Shown: piece after piece, positions 31,536 to 42,393 of the stretch
Position numbering within the stretch: the first letter of the stretch is position 1
How the letters are laid out: each line of letters opens with the position of its first letter
Assembly: GCA_938091905.1 (NCBI GenBank)
Contig: CALKOM010000084.1
Coordinates: 15,191-79,190, forward strand
Direction of reading: 5' to 3'
Origin: an uncultured Verrucomicrobiales bacterium
GTDB lineage: Bacteria > Verrucomicrobiota > Verrucomicrobiia > Verrucomicrobiales > DEV007
DNA: 64,000 bases
Notes under the pieces: model-generated
The model's input: only the letters and a program-made list of their open reading frames with translations
What the model was told of the DNA's origin: nothing
Database searches by the model: none
Translations under genes and position numbers: made by a program

Positions 31536-32582
31536 ATGATGAATGCCCAGGACACGCTAGATCAGCACACACGCGAAACGATCCAACATCACTTCTCACC
31601 GGAAACCGGCAGCCCTTTCTGGCTGAAATGGGCTGCTGAAAACTGGGATCCAAGAACGGAGATCCAGTGCTTCGCTGATATCTCCAAGTTCCCACACTTC
31701 CAGGACGAATGGTTACGCGACATTACGAATGAGGAATGGGTTCCCAAGGCGTTTGCAGGCCGCCCATTCAATGTTTTTGAAACGGGCGGTACAACCGGGT
31801 TGCCCAAACAGCGCGTCGGATGGGACGACTACAAACACGATTACGAGATGTTCTCAGATCAACTCGATGACGACGCGTTTCCCAAGGGTGGCAATTGGTT
31901 GATGGTCGGCCCGACCGGCCCGCGTCGCCTCCGGCTTGCGATTGAGCACCTCGCCGCTCATCGCGGTGGAAGTACCTACTTTGTCGACCTCGACCCTCGC
32001 TGGGTTAAGAAGCTGATCATACGAAAGGAATACGATCAAGCTGAGCGCTACCAGCGGCACGTGATGGACCAGGCGGTAGAGATTCTAAAGCATCGTGATA
32101 TCAAGTGCCTCTTCACCACGCCGCGCCTTCTCGAATCTCTGGCCGAGCGGGTCTCGGTGCCAGGGGTCGGCGTGCGAGGCTGCTTCTGCGGCGGCACAAC
32201 CATGACCCCACAAATGGTCCGTTTCCTCGTGGAAGAGGTGCTCGAAAACAAGGCCCTCTTCGTTCCAACTTATGGAAACACGCTGATGGGCCTGGCTTGC
32301 AGCATTCCTCTAACGGACGACTACAGCGTCACCTACTACGCGCCACAGCCTCGTGCGGTCTTGCGCGTGGTCGATCCCGACGACACCCAGAATACCGTCG
32401 ACTACGACAGCTACGGTCGCGTGGAACTAACGACCCTGACCAAAGAATTCTTTATGCCGCGCTTCCTTGAGCGAGACGAGGCCATTCGCCGAAAGCCGTG
32501 TAATCGCTACGATTGGGATGGCGTAGGTGACGTTCGTCCGTTCGGCGTGATGGAGAACAAGGTCGTCGAAGGCGTCTACTAA
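31536..32582 (+). CDS. short adenylate-forming enzyme, EhpF/GriC (PaaK/LuxE-related)-like
   Basis: HFSPETGSPFWL; FETGGTTGLPK P-loop; YGNT; FLERD. Confidence 0.7.
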   Translation: MMNAQDTLDQHTRETIQHHFSPETGSPFWLKWAAENWDPRTEIQCFADISKFPHFQDEWLRDITNEEWVPKAFAGRPFNVFETGGTTGLPKQRVGWDDYKHDYEMFSDQLDDDAFPKGGNWLMVGPTGPRRLRLAIEHLAAHRGGSTYFVDLDPRWVKKLIIRKEYDQAERYQRHVMDQAVEILKHRDIKCLFTTPRLLESLAERVSVPGVGVRGCFCGGTTMTPQMVRFLVEEVLENKALFVPTYGNTLMGLACSIPLTDDYSVTYYAPQPRAVLRVVDPDDTQNTVDYDSYGRVELTTLTKEFFMPRFLERDEAIRRKPCNRYDWDGVGDVRPFGVMENKVVEGVY

Positions 32583-32599
32583 CCCTCATCTACAAAACA

Positions 32600-34048
32600 A
32601 TGCTTAAGATTCCATCTATTCCCGTCCTGCGTAGCGGTGAGGTCTACCGCAGTTTAGAGCAACAGCCCATCAATGCGATCGGCACCGACCAGCCTGCGGC
32701 ACTCATGTCCATGGCCAATTCCGGCCTTGTAAAACGCGATCTCAATTTCGTCGGAAAGTCCCGAGACGTGCTCAAAAGCATTCCGGCGCATGACCTGATG
32801 CAGATGTGTGTCGATGCAGGAGATCATTTCCTCAAAGGCACCCTCCCTGTCGGTGAGCAAGAGTATCCTCAATCGCCTGACGACTACGTCAAGAGCCTCT
32901 CCGCGACAAGCGGATTGCCCCATGCGCTCATCCGCATGAACATGAACAAGCTCTACGAGATCTTTACAGAAATGCCGACCATCATACGCGGCCTGACCCG
33001 AGGCCTCGATCTTGCCGTACTAGACAAGGGCTACGGTGAACAGCACGGCGTCCCAGTAAGCTACTCTGCCAACACCGACGCGCTCGCTGTCGTCCTACCA
33101 AGTAATTCACCTGCGGTGAACGCGCTGTGGATGCCATCTCTGGTCATGAAGATTCCTGTGTTGCTCAAGCCGGGCCGCGAGGAGCCCTGGACACCCTGGC
33201 GTATCATGCAGAGCTTCATCAAGGCTGGCATGCCTAAGGAAGCATTCTCGTTCTATCCCACAGATCACGATGGCTCAGGTGCCATCGTTCGTCGTTCCGG
33301 CAGGGTAATGATGTTCGGCGATGACAGCACGGTGAGTCAGCATGCCCTCGATCCGCGGGTTGAGGTGCATGGATCGGGCAAGAGCAAGATTATCTTTGGT
33401 GAGGACTGTATTGATGATTGGGAAAAGTATCTCGACATCATGGTTGAATCCGTTTCCGCGAACAGCGGGCGTAGTTGCATCAACGCCTCTGCAATCCTCG
33501 TCCCACGTCATGCCGACGCTATCGCTGAGGCCATTGCCAAACGCCTAACAGAGATCAAACCGCTACCCTTCGAAGATGCCAATGCGAAATTGTCAGGATT
33601 CGCGAATCCGAAGTTTGCCGAATACATCAATGGAGCAGTCGATGCCGGTCTTGCCGAGGGCGGTGCCCGCGATATCAACGAACCCCACCGCGGGCGTGAG
33701 CGTCATGAGATCTTTCAAAACATGCACTACCTGCATCCCACCATCATCAGATGCGAGTCATGGGAGCATTCATTAGCAAATCGCGAGTTCCTCTTCCCAT
33801 TCGCTTCCGTCACTGAAGTGGCGCAGGCAGACATGTTAGATTCCATTGGTTCATCGCTCGTCGTCACGGCGATCACCCAAGACCCCGTTTGGGTAGAGGA
33901 GTTGCTCGAATGTCCACACATCGAGCGCTTGAACCTCGGTGCGTGGCCTACCAATCGAGTAAAGTGGGATCAGCCCCACGAAGGAAATCTGTTCGAGTTC
34001 CTCTATAAGAGACGGTCTATTCACATTGCGGCTCTAGCACATGTCTAG
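32600..34048 (+). CDS. aldehyde dehydrogenase-fold acyl reductase, GriD/LuxC-like
   Basis: VLPSNSP; LKPG.EEPWT; HGSGKSK; catalytic GRSCINAS; EFLFP. Confidence 0.75.
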   Translation: MLKIPSIPVLRSGEVYRSLEQQPINAIGTDQPAALMSMANSGLVKRDLNFVGKSRDVLKSIPAHDLMQMCVDAGDHFLKGTLPVGEQEYPQSPDDYVKSLSATSGLPHALIRMNMNKLYEIFTEMPTIIRGLTRGLDLAVLDKGYGEQHGVPVSYSANTDALAVVLPSNSPAVNALWMPSLVMKIPVLLKPGREEPWTPWRIMQSFIKAGMPKEAFSFYPTDHDGSGAIVRRSGRVMMFGDDSTVSQHALDPRVEVHGSGKSKIIFGEDCIDDWEKYLDIMVESVSANSGRSCINASAILVPRHADAIAEAIAKRLTEIKPLPFEDANAKLSGFANPKFAEYINGAVDAGLAEGGARDINEPHRGRERHEIFQNMHYLHPTIIRCESWEHSLANREFLFPFASVTEVAQADMLDSIGSSLVVTAITQDPVWVEELLECPHIERLNLGAWPTNRVKWDQPHEGNLFEFLYKRRSIHIAALAHV

Positions 34049-35210
34049 CGGGCTCGTTCTAGAAGACCTCTGCACGGACTTCTCGATTCCTGAACACGTA
34101 CGGTCGTTTGAGCACGCTCCAGGGACTCGAGTGCGATTCGGGCCAGGCGTGTTGGATTCGATAGGGAGTGAGGGAGCCGCTCTTGGCAAGCGGGCAATGA
34201 TCGTAACAGATGAGGGCCTAGTTGAGGCAGGCTACGTAGGCCGCGCCGTTCGGGCCCTCACGACAGCTGGTCTCGAGGTGACCGTGTTCAGCTCGGTGCA
34301 TGAAAATCCTACCACAGCGGATGTCCGGGCAACAGTGGGAGCAGCGAAGGATGCAAAGATCGATCTTCTCATCGGCCTGGGCGGTGGCAGCAGCATGGAT
34401 TGCGCCAAGGGCTGCAATTTCATCCTCACAAACGGCGGAGAGATGAAAGACTACTGGGGCAAGGAGAAAGCAACCAAACCCATGCTACCGCTCATCGCGG
34501 TGCCAACCACGGCCGGTACAGGTAGCGAGTGCCAGTCCTTCGCTTTGATCGCTGATGAGCACACCCACGCCAAGATGGCCTGCGGAGACAAAAAGGCCGC
34601 CGCCAGAGTCGCCCTCCTCGATCCAGAACTCACGCTCAGCCAACCGAGCAATGTGACAGCCGTCACGGCAATTGATGCCATCAGCCATGCTGTAGAAAGT
34701 TATGTTTGCAAGTCTGCCAACAACATCTCGCGCAGCTATGCGCTTGCTGCTTTCCAACTAATGCAAGATGCGACCGAGCGTATCACGGCCGATCCCAAGA
34801 ACTTGTTAGGCCGCGCACGTATGCAACTGGGTGCGGCAATGGCAGGAACCGCCATCGAGAACAGCATGCTAGGCGCCGCGCATAGCATGGCCAACCCGCT
34901 GACGGCCCACTTTGACATCATTCATGGTCAAGCAGTGGGCGTCGCACTCCCAGCAGTCATCCGCAGGAACTCGCAGGATGCCGAAGTAGCAGCCCTCTAT
35001 CGCGAACTACTCTCGTCTCAGCCACTAGACACGTGGATCACAACTCAAGTGGCCAACCAAGGGCTCGCCACTTGCCTAAGCGATCTAAGTGTCAGTCGCG
35101 AGATGCTCCACCAGCTGGCAAAGGAAGCGTCAACACAATGGACCGCGCAATTCAACCCGATCGGGTTGACTGCCGACGATTTCGAACAGCTCTATCAAAG
35201 CTGTTACTGA
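34041..35210 (+). CDS. iron-containing alcohol dehydrogenase
   Basis: GGGSSMD, PTTAGTGSE, DAISHAVE, HSMAN and HG motifs. Confidence 0.9.
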   Translation: MSSGLVLEDLCTDFSIPEHVRSFEHAPGTRVRFGPGVLDSIGSEGAALGKRAMIVTDEGLVEAGYVGRAVRALTTAGLEVTVFSSVHENPTTADVRATVGAAKDAKIDLLIGLGGGSSMDCAKGCNFILTNGGEMKDYWGKEKATKPMLPLIAVPTTAGTGSECQSFALIADEHTHAKMACGDKKAAARVALLDPELTLSQPSNVTAVTAIDAISHAVESYVCKSANNISRSYALAAFQLMQDATERITADPKNLLGRARMQLGAAMAGTAIENSMLGAAHSMANPLTAHFDIIHGQAVGVALPAVIRRNSQDAEVAALYRELLSSQPLDTWITTQVANQGLATCLSDLSVSREMLHQLAKEASTQWTAQFNPIGLTADDFEQLYQSCY

Positions 35211-37357
35211 AGCTGCTGGAGGTATTGCCTCGCTAACTGATTTGCAGGATCCAACTTAAGACACATCTGCAGCTGCTCTTTCGCGTCAGCCTTCTTCCCC
35301 ATTTTAATGTAGCCCAACGCGAGATTGATACGAGCGCTGGGATCCTCTGGAACAAGTTCGACAACCATGGTGTAGATCTCTGTCGCACGCTGAAATCTGC
35401 TGGCCTTCGCGAGCAATGTCCCCAAGCGAGCATAGGACGGCAAGTGCCGCTTATCTGCTAGAATGGCTTGTTCAAATTTCGCTTCCGCAGCTTCCAGGTT
35501 CTTCTGATTCTGCAACACAAGTCCCCAGTTCATTAGGGCTTCCGCCATCTTTGGATCGAAATCGATGGCTTTCTGAAAACACACATACGCTTCCGACTCG
35601 CGCTTTCCTTGTCGCGACAACGAAATACCCAAACTGTTCCAAGCTTTGGGATGTTGATTGCGGATGGCAATGGCTTCCCGCAGGGCCTTCTCGGCAGCTA
35701 TCCATTCCTTCTGACGATTGCGACTTGAGCCTAACTGAAAGTGTCCTGTTGGATCATGAGGAATAGACTTGGTAATAGCTTCCCACTGCGCCGTCGCTTC
35801 CGCATGTTTCCCGGCAGACGCCAAGAGCGATGCGAACTGCTGGCGGGTCACCCAATCAGTCGGGTCCTTCTCGATCATTGCGGCGTAGGTATTCATTGAA
35901 CGCTGCCCCATAGCTGGGGTCATCTCAGAACTAACCTCCGCAAGCTGCTTAGCTAACAATGCCTCTCGAGCCTCCTGACCGAACTGCCCACTGAAGGGAG
36001 GTGTTCTCAACCGTAACTGCATCTCCTGCACAATCTCGCGCTGGTGGAAGGGCGTTAGCCCCATTGCTTGCTCGCAGGCGCCCAAGGACAGCCAAGGTTT
36101 CTCGCTAGTTAGGCCTAATTTCTTCTCGGCAGCTTGAGCGAAGGCCAAACTCAAGTGGTAGTTCCCCTCAAAAGTGAAGTGGACGTGTTCGTGAAAGTGC
36201 TCTTTTCCAGGAATACCATTTGGGTCGGCTTCCGCCAGTGCTTGTTCTCCGTCAACGAGGTTCCCTTGGGGGACCACCGACCGAATAATCTTATTGATCT
36301 GAGTATCGGCGCGAAATCGGAGGGTATCTAGGTCACGAGCGCGAGAGAAATAGACCGTCGCTTCCTCCGCCTTGCCCTGCGCTACCATGGCTTTCCCTAT
36401 GCAATAGAATAGATTGGCCGACGTGGTGTTTCTAGCAAGGGCACTACGAGCTAGTGTCTCGGCGCCCTCCCATCGCCCATTTGCGAAGTGTTCGTAAACA
36501 GCCTCGACAACAGAGTCCTCAGGATCGCCCTTCGAAATGAAAGGTGCTGAGTCTTCGAGATTCACGGCCATTGTACTCACGAGGAGAGGCACGTTGGCGT
36601 TGCTGGCAAGCTTGACAATGTCTTCGAGATTCGCCTGGTAGTTTTTATAGACCCGTTGGAGATCGGGATCATCGATGGACACTTGTTGTTCGAGGAACAT
36701 CTCCAAGCCGCCCCAACTCTTGGGCACACTAGCGCTCCCCTCACCACCGAAGGTCGACATCCATTGCCCAACACGCGTCTTCTGGAACTTCAAGTTAGCA
36801 CGAATGGTCCCCAAAGATGGCCGGCGCGAACCAAAGACTGACCCGCTTCCATACGGACCATTCACCTCGTTGTTCCCCATGTAGAGGACCCAAAGATCCG
36901 CAGTCAAATCCACACAATCTCTTGCGATCGGAAGGACGACATGAGAATTGATGGCGGTAACAGCTGCATTGATCACTTCGAAGCGCCCGTTGGGATAGCG
37001 ATCTTCTAACAACCGTTGCAAGACGCGAGAGAGACCAAATGCGGGTTGGGGATCTCCCATCGCAGCCGATCCTCCCAGAACGACAATTCTGCGCACTCCA
37101 GACGGTTTGGCCTTGGTCACACGAATAGGCTGCGGGGCTCGAGCCAACGCTTTGGGAAAGAAACGCCAAGCAAAGGCATCATTGTTCCTAACTTTGCTCC
37201 CATCAGTCTCATCCTTGACCAAGAATGACGTATTGTAACCTACGCCGATCAGCCGAAGTCCTAGCTCAAGGGCAAGTAGGGTAATGAGCGGAGCTGCAAC
37301 CACCAGCACCAGACGAAAGAGCCAAACTCGCTGGCGATTCTTCGGCTCCTTGCTCAT
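35204..37357 (-). CDS. membrane-anchored SGNH-like + TPR protein
   Basis: N-terminal TM; LGGSAAMG, YMGNNE, EHVH; C-terminal TPRs. Confidence 0.8.
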   Translation of the reverse strand: MSKEPKNRQRVWLFRLVLVVAAPLITLLALELGLRLIGVGYNTSFLVKDETDGSKVRNNDAFAWRFFPKALARAPQPIRVTKAKPSGVRRIVVLGGSAAMGDPQPAFGLSRVLQRLLEDRYPNGRFEVINAAVTAINSHVVLPIARDCVDLTADLWVLYMGNNEVNGPYGSGSVFGSRRPSLGTIRANLKFQKTRVGQWMSTFGGEGSASVPKSWGGLEMFLEQQVSIDDPDLQRVYKNYQANLEDIVKLASNANVPLLVSTMAVNLEDSAPFISKGDPEDSVVEAVYEHFANGRWEGAETLARSALARNTTSANLFYCIGKAMVAQGKAEEATVYFSRARDLDTLRFRADTQINKIIRSVVPQGNLVDGEQALAEADPNGIPGKEHFHEHVHFTFEGNYHLSLAFAQAAEKKLGLTSEKPWLSLGACEQAMGLTPFHQREIVQEMQLRLRTPPFSGQFGQEAREALLAKQLAEVSSEMTPAMGQRSMNTYAAMIEKDPTDWVTRQQFASLLASAGKHAEATAQWEAITKSIPHDPTGHFQLGSSRNRQKEWIAAEKALREAIAIRNQHPKAWNSLGISLSRQGKRESEAYVCFQKAIDFDPKMAEALMNWGLVLQNQKNLEAAEAKFEQAILADKRHLPSYARLGTLLAKASRFQRATEIYTMVVELVPEDPSARINLALGYIKMGKKADAKEQLQMCLKLDPANQLARQYLQQLQ

Positions 37358-37371
37358 GGACCGATTAGACT

Positions 37372-38145
37372 CTAAAAGATGAGGCGAGGCCTAGGCGTTA
37401 AAATCTCGGCTTTGCCTTTGCCTACCAATACGGTATGCTCAAAGTGCGCAGACGGTTTCCGATCCATCGTAACCACGGTCCATTTGTCTGACAGCACCTT
37501 CACACGCGCTGTGCCCTCATTCACCATGGGCTCGATCGCCAAGATCATGCCCTCACGTAGTCTCGGCTTTTCGCCCTTACGACCATAGTTAGGTACTTGA
37601 GGCGATTCGTGCAGCTTTCGGCCCACTCCATGACCGACGAACTCACGCACAACAGTAAAACCTTTACTGATAACGTGTTCCTCAATGGCAGCACACATCG
37701 TGCCTAGCATTTCACCATGAACAGCATGCTCAATGGCAACGTGAAGAGACTCTTCTGTCGCCATCAGTAAGCGCTGGATCTCAGGACTGACCGTCCCAAC
37801 CGGAACCGTAAGCGCATTGTCTCCGACCCAGCCGTCTTTGATAATGCCAACATCGATCTTCACAATGTCACCATACTTGACTTTACGCGGACCACCGATG
37901 CCGTGCACGACCTCTTCGTTTACAGAGATACAAATGTTACCTGGGAAATTTCGGTAACCCAAGAAGGCACTCTTGCAGCCACGCTCGGCAATCAATTCGG
38001 CAGCATAGAGGTCGACCTCTCTTGTCGTGATTCCTGGTTTGATACCCTTCGCCGTCAGCTGAAGAATCTCACAAGCGGTCTCGCCAGCGCTACGCATCAT
38101 GTCGACCTGGCGGCCGGTGCGGATATTGATCTTCTCCTTGGTCAT
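37372..38145 (-). CDS. map: methionine aminopeptidase type I
   Basis: SVNEEVVHGI; GHGVG..LHE; AIEPM; SAHFEHT. Confidence 0.97.
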   Translation of the reverse strand: MTKEKINIRTGRQVDMMRSAGETACEILQLTAKGIKPGITTREVDLYAAELIAERGCKSAFLGYRNFPGNICISVNEEVVHGIGGPRKVKYGDIVKIDVGIIKDGWVGDNALTVPVGTVSPEIQRLLMATEESLHVAIEHAVHGEMLGTMCAAIEEHVISKGFTVVREFVGHGVGRKLHESPQVPNYGRKGEKPRLREGMILAIEPMVNEGTARVKVLSDKWTVVTMDRKPSAHFEHTVLVGKGKAEILTPRPRLIF

Positions 38146-38780
38146 GAGGCGAGGGCATCGAGGACGCGAGCAAAAACATCGTCCGGTGACCCTTGTCCAG
38201 AAATCCTCCGGAGGCGGTCACCGTCTTCGTAGTAGGGTAATAGTGGCAACGTCTTTTTCTCGTATTCTGCTAGTCGAGAACGATATAGATCGATAGAATC
38301 ATCGTTGCGAGAGACCACCGCATTGCCGCATTCAGGGCAAGCCACAGGCGCAGTCTCCCGGGGCCAGACATTCCCGCAAGGATCACAGCCCACGCGATGG
38401 GCAACACGCTCTTCTAGGATGTCCATAGGCACGTCAAGATACACGGCTGTGGCTGCGGGACGATGAGATTCAGCAAGAAACTGATCCAACGCACTGCCCT
38501 GAGCTAAGGTGCGCGGAAATCCATCCAGCACGAATTCGGCTCGCACGGCTTGGAGCCAATTCTGGACGATCTTTAGGATGAGGGCGTCAGGGACAAAGTT
38601 CCCGTCCTTCAAGAAGGTGTGTATTTCCTCGCCCAGTGAAGTGCGACGCTGTTCCTCCACGCGAAGTATGCTGCCGGTAGAACAGTAGGCGAGGTTAAGG
38701 TGCTGGCTGATGCGTTTGGCCTGAGTCCCTTTGCCCGCGCCTGGTGGGCCTAACAAGAGAATTTGTCTGGGCAATCCCAT
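38142..38780 (-). CDS. adk: adenylate kinase
   Basis: GPPGAGKGTQA; LDGFPRT; Cys4 lid. Confidence 0.95.
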   Translation of the reverse strand: MGLPRQILLLGPPGAGKGTQAKRISQHLNLAYCSTGSILRVEEQRRTSLGEEIHTFLKDGNFVPDALILKIVQNWLQAVRAEFVLDGFPRTLAQGSALDQFLAESHRPAATAVYLDVPMDILEERVAHRVGCDPCGNVWPRETAPVACPECGNAVVSRNDDSIDLYRSRLAEYEKKTLPLLPYYEDGDRLRRISGQGSPDDVFARVLDALAS

Positions 38781-38804
38781 TCGTTCCAGGCCAGAAAGCC
38801 GAAC

Positions 38805-40328
38805 TTAATTACCAACGGTTTGTTGATAAACCAAGTAGCAACCGCCCAGAACGATGACAATCGCTAAGGCCACATAAAGCCAGAGGAGGCCCGTCGAACG
38901 CGATCCGGTAGGAGCACCGCCCGTGTTGACTTTCCTATCAGAACGTCCCCGAATCTTGCCCTTACGTAGAAACCCGTCGTAGTGACGCTGCAAGAGATGG
39001 GTTTCAACTTGGCGCATGATATCTAACAAGACACCTACAAGAATTAGGATACTTGTGCCGCCGAAGAACTGTGCCGCTTGTGGCGGAACCTTCAGCAACC
39101 CGGAAACGAGGGCTGGGATCAGGAAGAGAACCGTTAGGAACAGCGCACCGGCAAACGTGAGACGGCTCATCGTGAAATCGAGGAACTCTGCAGTGGGTTT
39201 GCCAGGACGAATACCAGGGATGTAGCCACCGTTTCGCTTCAAATCATCAGCGATTTGACTCGGCTGGAACATCGTTGCCACCCAGAAGTAACTGAAGAAA
39301 AAGATCATGACGGCAGACAAAGCGTAGAATACCCAGTGGCCACCACTTAACATATTAACCGCTTTGGCGGCCCAAGGCTGGCTACCAAAGGCCCAGTTGA
39401 TGATCTGTGACGGAAACATCAAGATAGCACTCGCAAAGATGATCGGCATGACACCAGAGTAATTCACCTTCAGCGGCAGGAAGGTCGATTGGCCACCGTA
39501 GACCTTGCGCCCAACCACACGCTTAGCGTATTGAATGGCAATACGTCGCTGTGCCTGAGTAATACAAATAACCCCTGCAATAACGAGCAGCAGGAATCCA
39601 ACCATCAGCACCAAGACCATGGGACTTTGGGTGCCTTCACCGGTGCCGCTAATGTAAGTTCGCCAAACCTGAACCAAACTTCCCGGCAAGGCCGCGATGA
39701 TGTTCACCGTAATGATGAGTGAGATACCGTTACCGATGCCTCGCTCGGTCACTTGCTCACCAATCCACATGAGAAGCAAGGTGCCGGCGGTGATCACAAG
39801 CACGGTCGTGAGAATGAATGGCCAGCCCGGATTAGGAACGAGTTCCAAACCAGTCTTCGAAATGACGGAACTCAGCCCACTCATTAAGGGATTGTTCGCA
39901 GGATTCTCAAGCGTCTTCGCCAGCATGAAACCTTGGAAAACACACAGGGCAATCGTGATGTAACGGGTCAGCTGATTGATTTTCTGCTGACCACCGTCCT
40001 CGCGTTTCATCTTACTGAGCGTCGGAACCACCGCAGACAACAGCTGCATCATAATCGACGCACTGATGTAGGGCATGATGCCGAGAGCAAAGATGGCGGC
40101 ATTTTGTAAAGCACCACCACTGAAGACGTTCAGCATGGCAGTAACCGCTGCCGTTCCCCGGTCAGAGTTCTCCAATGCCTCCTTCAGCCACATCTGCAAG
40201 ACTGTGGCATCAACACCAGGAAGCGTGATCGTCGCGCCAATGCGGACAATCACGATCATGGCTAGAGTGAAGAGGATACGGTCCCGTAATTCGGGGATCT
40301 TCAGCGTGTTGGAAAATGCGGAAATCAT
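38805..40328 (-). CDS. secY: preprotein translocase SecY
   Basis: FALGIMPYISASI; GIGNGISL; FGGTSILI. Confidence 0.98.
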   Translation of the reverse strand: MISAFSNTLKIPELRDRILFTLAMIVIVRIGATITLPGVDATVLQMWLKEALENSDRGTAAVTAMLNVFSGGALQNAAIFALGIMPYISASIMMQLLSAVVPTLSKMKREDGGQQKINQLTRYITIALCVFQGFMLAKTLENPANNPLMSGLSSVISKTGLELVPNPGWPFILTTVLVITAGTLLLMWIGEQVTERGIGNGISLIITVNIIAALPGSLVQVWRTYISGTGEGTQSPMVLVLMVGFLLLVIAGVICITQAQRRIAIQYAKRVVGRKVYGGQSTFLPLKVNYSGVMPIIFASAILMFPSQIINWAFGSQPWAAKAVNMLSGGHWVFYALSAVMIFFFSYFWVATMFQPSQIADDLKRNGGYIPGIRPGKPTAEFLDFTMSRLTFAGALFLTVLFLIPALVSGLLKVPPQAAQFFGGTSILILVGVLLDIMRQVETHLLQRHYDGFLRKGKIRGRSDRKVNTGGAPTGSRSTGLLWLYVALAIVIVLGGCYLVYQQTVGN

Positions 40329-40382
40329 CGGCGTGGCCTGCTTATCGTCTCACCCTAGTGAAATATCAACCTATCCGGTCAA

Positions 40383-40844
40383 TTATGACTTGGCAGGAGC
40401 GGAGTCTGCAATACTTCCACCTGCCTTTTCAATCTTTTCCCGAGCGGAAGTGCTCACTTTTAAACCTTCCAGTGTCAACGCTTTGCTGACTTCGCCATTT
40501 CCAAGGACCTTGACGAAATCGAAAGAGCCCTTGATGAGCCTTGCCTCGCGAAGTGCCGCCTCGTTGATGACTTGGCCAGCCTCGAAACGCCCATCAAGAT
40601 CCGCCACATTCACGACCGCGTTGGTCGTTTTGAAACGGATATTGCTGAAGCCCTTCTTTGGAAGGCGACGATGAAGGGGCATCTGACCACCCTCGAAGCC
40701 TGGACGAATGCTTCCGCCAGAGCGCGAGCGTTGTCCTTTATGGCCACGTCCGGAGGTCTTACCGAGACCAGAACTCTCGCCGCAACCTAGACGCTTGCGG
40801 CGATGCTTGGCACCGGGGTTGGGTTTGAGAGTATGCAGTCTCAT
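40383..40844 (-). CDS. rplO: 50S ribosomal protein L15
   Basis: GKTSGRGHKGQ..GFEGGQMPL. Confidence 0.97.
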   Translation of the reverse strand: MRLHTLKPNPGAKHRRKRLGCGESSGLGKTSGRGHKGQRSRSGGSIRPGFEGGQMPLHRRLPKKGFSNIRFKTTNAVVNVADLDGRFEAGQVINEAALREARLIKGSFDFVKVLGNGEVSKALTLEGLKVSTSAREKIEKAGGSIADSAPAKS

Positions 40845-40850
40845 GTCGGT

Positions 40851-41384
40851 TTAGATCGATTGTTGTGCGGACACTTTCTTGCCGCGAAGTTTGTAAACCT
40901 CGTCGCGATTACGTAGCGACTCAAGGGCAGTGAGGGTAGCCTTGACCACATTCGCGTGATTGTTGGAACCCAAAGATTTAGCGAGGACGTCTTTCACACC
41001 AGCAGCTTCCACCACCGCGCGAACGCCGCCACCTGCAATAATTCCCGTTCCAGGAGAAGCGGGGCGAAGCATCACCCGACCACCGCCGAATTCACCAACC
41101 ACCTCGTGGGGAATGGTATTGTCGGCCAATGACACCGGTTTCATAGCCTTCTTCGCCGTGTCACTAGCTTTACGGATGGCCTCAGCAACCTCGTTCGCTT
41201 TACCGAAACCGAAGCCGACTTTTCCATGCTTGTTTCCCGTGACGACGAGAGCACTGAAGCTAAACCGACGACCACCTTTGACCACCTTTGCACAGCGGTT
41301 GATATAAACGACCTTCTCGATCAGCTCATTCCCATCCGCATCTGTCGGAGGGGGTGGAGGTTGATGGCTTCGCTGGTTACGCAT
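40851..41384 (-). CDS. rpsE: 30S ribosomal protein S5
   Basis: [16 protein letters not shown]. Confidence 0.97.
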   Translation of the reverse strand: MRNQRSHQPPPPPTDADGNELIEKVVYINRCAKVVKGGRRFSFSALVVTGNKHGKVGFGFGKANEVAEAIRKASDTAKKAMKPVSLADNTIPHEVVGEFGGGRVMLRPASPGTGIIAGGGVRAVVEAAGVKDVLAKSLGSNNHANVVKATLTALESLRNRDEVYKLRGKKVSAQQSI

Positions 41385-41416
41385 AATGATAAATTGGTTT
41401 AAAAAGTAGGAAAGTA

Positions 41417-41776
41417 TTAGAATTTTAGACCGCCTTCGCGAGCAGCATCTGCGAGGGCTTTCACTTTGCCATGATAGAGGTGGCCACCACGATCAAAGAG
41501 AACCGCGTTCACTTTGGCATCGGCAGCCCGCTTAGCGATGACTTCACCCACCTTGGTGGCGGAGGCGACACAAGCTTTCCCACGATGTCCAACTTCTTTA
41601 TCGACAGTTGATGCTGCCGCCAAAGTCTTGCCGGCGTCATCATCGATGAGCTGCGCATAGACATTCTTGTTGGAGAAATACACCGCGAGACGAGGGCGCT
41701 CGGCCGTGCCCACGATCTTTTTACGGATCCGGCGGTGGATCTTCTTTCTAACGACTCGGCGATCTAGTTTACTCAT
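41417..41776 (-). CDS. rplR: 50S ribosomal protein L18
   Basis: [28 protein letters not shown]. Confidence 0.97.
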   Translation of the reverse strand: MSKLDRRVVRKKIHRRIRKKIVGTAERPRLAVYFSNKNVYAQLIDDDAGKTLAAASTVDKEVGHRGKACVASATKVGEVIAKRAADAKVNAVLFDRGGHLYHGKVKALADAAREGGLKF

Positions 41777-41810
41777 GACGTCTTAATCTAACAATCAACT
41801 ACTACAAAAA

Positions 41811-42350
41811 TTACTTCTGGACACTCTTACCAGCTTTGCGGCGGACATATTCTCCCACCACACGGATACCCTTGCCCTTGTATGGCTCTGGTGGATAGTA
41901 GGCGCGGACTTCTGCAGAGAACTGTCCGACTACTTGCTTATCGACACCCTCGACCTTGATCTTGGTGTTGTCCGTCACGGTGACGGTTAGCCCCTCAGGA
42001 ATAGGGTGGAGAACCGGGTGAGAGAAACCGAGATTCAAGTCTAGCGCTTTGCCTTTAACAGCAGCACGAAAACCAACCCCTTGGATCTCAAGATCACGAG
42101 AGAAACCATCGGAAACACCTTTCACCATGTTCGCAACAATAGCGCGAGCAGTGCCATGCATAGCTTTGCTTGTGCGTGTATCATCAGGACGAGTCAGTGT
42201 GAGGGTAGCGTCTTCCTGTTTGAGATCAATCGTCGAGGGAAGCTCCCACTCGAGTTTCCCTTTCGGACCATCAACGACCACCTGACGATCGTTCGCTGAA
42301 ATCTTCACCTTTTCTGGGATCTCAATGAGTTTATTTCCAATACGTGACAT
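41811..42350 (-). CDS. rplF: 50S ribosomal protein L6
   Basis: MSRIG; PEPYKGKGIR. Confidence 0.97.
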   Translation of the reverse strand: MSRIGNKLIEIPEKVKISANDRQVVVDGPKGKLEWELPSTIDLKQEDATLTLTRPDDTRTSKAMHGTARAIVANMVKGVSDGFSRDLEIQGVGFRAAVKGKALDLNLGFSHPVLHPIPEGLTVTVTDNTKIKVEGVDKQVVGQFSAEVRAYYPPEPYKGKGIRVVGEYVRRKAGKSVQK

Positions 42351-42393
42351 GGTAGTGAGCGTGGGACGTTCTTAGTGACTACGAAATTCTTAC

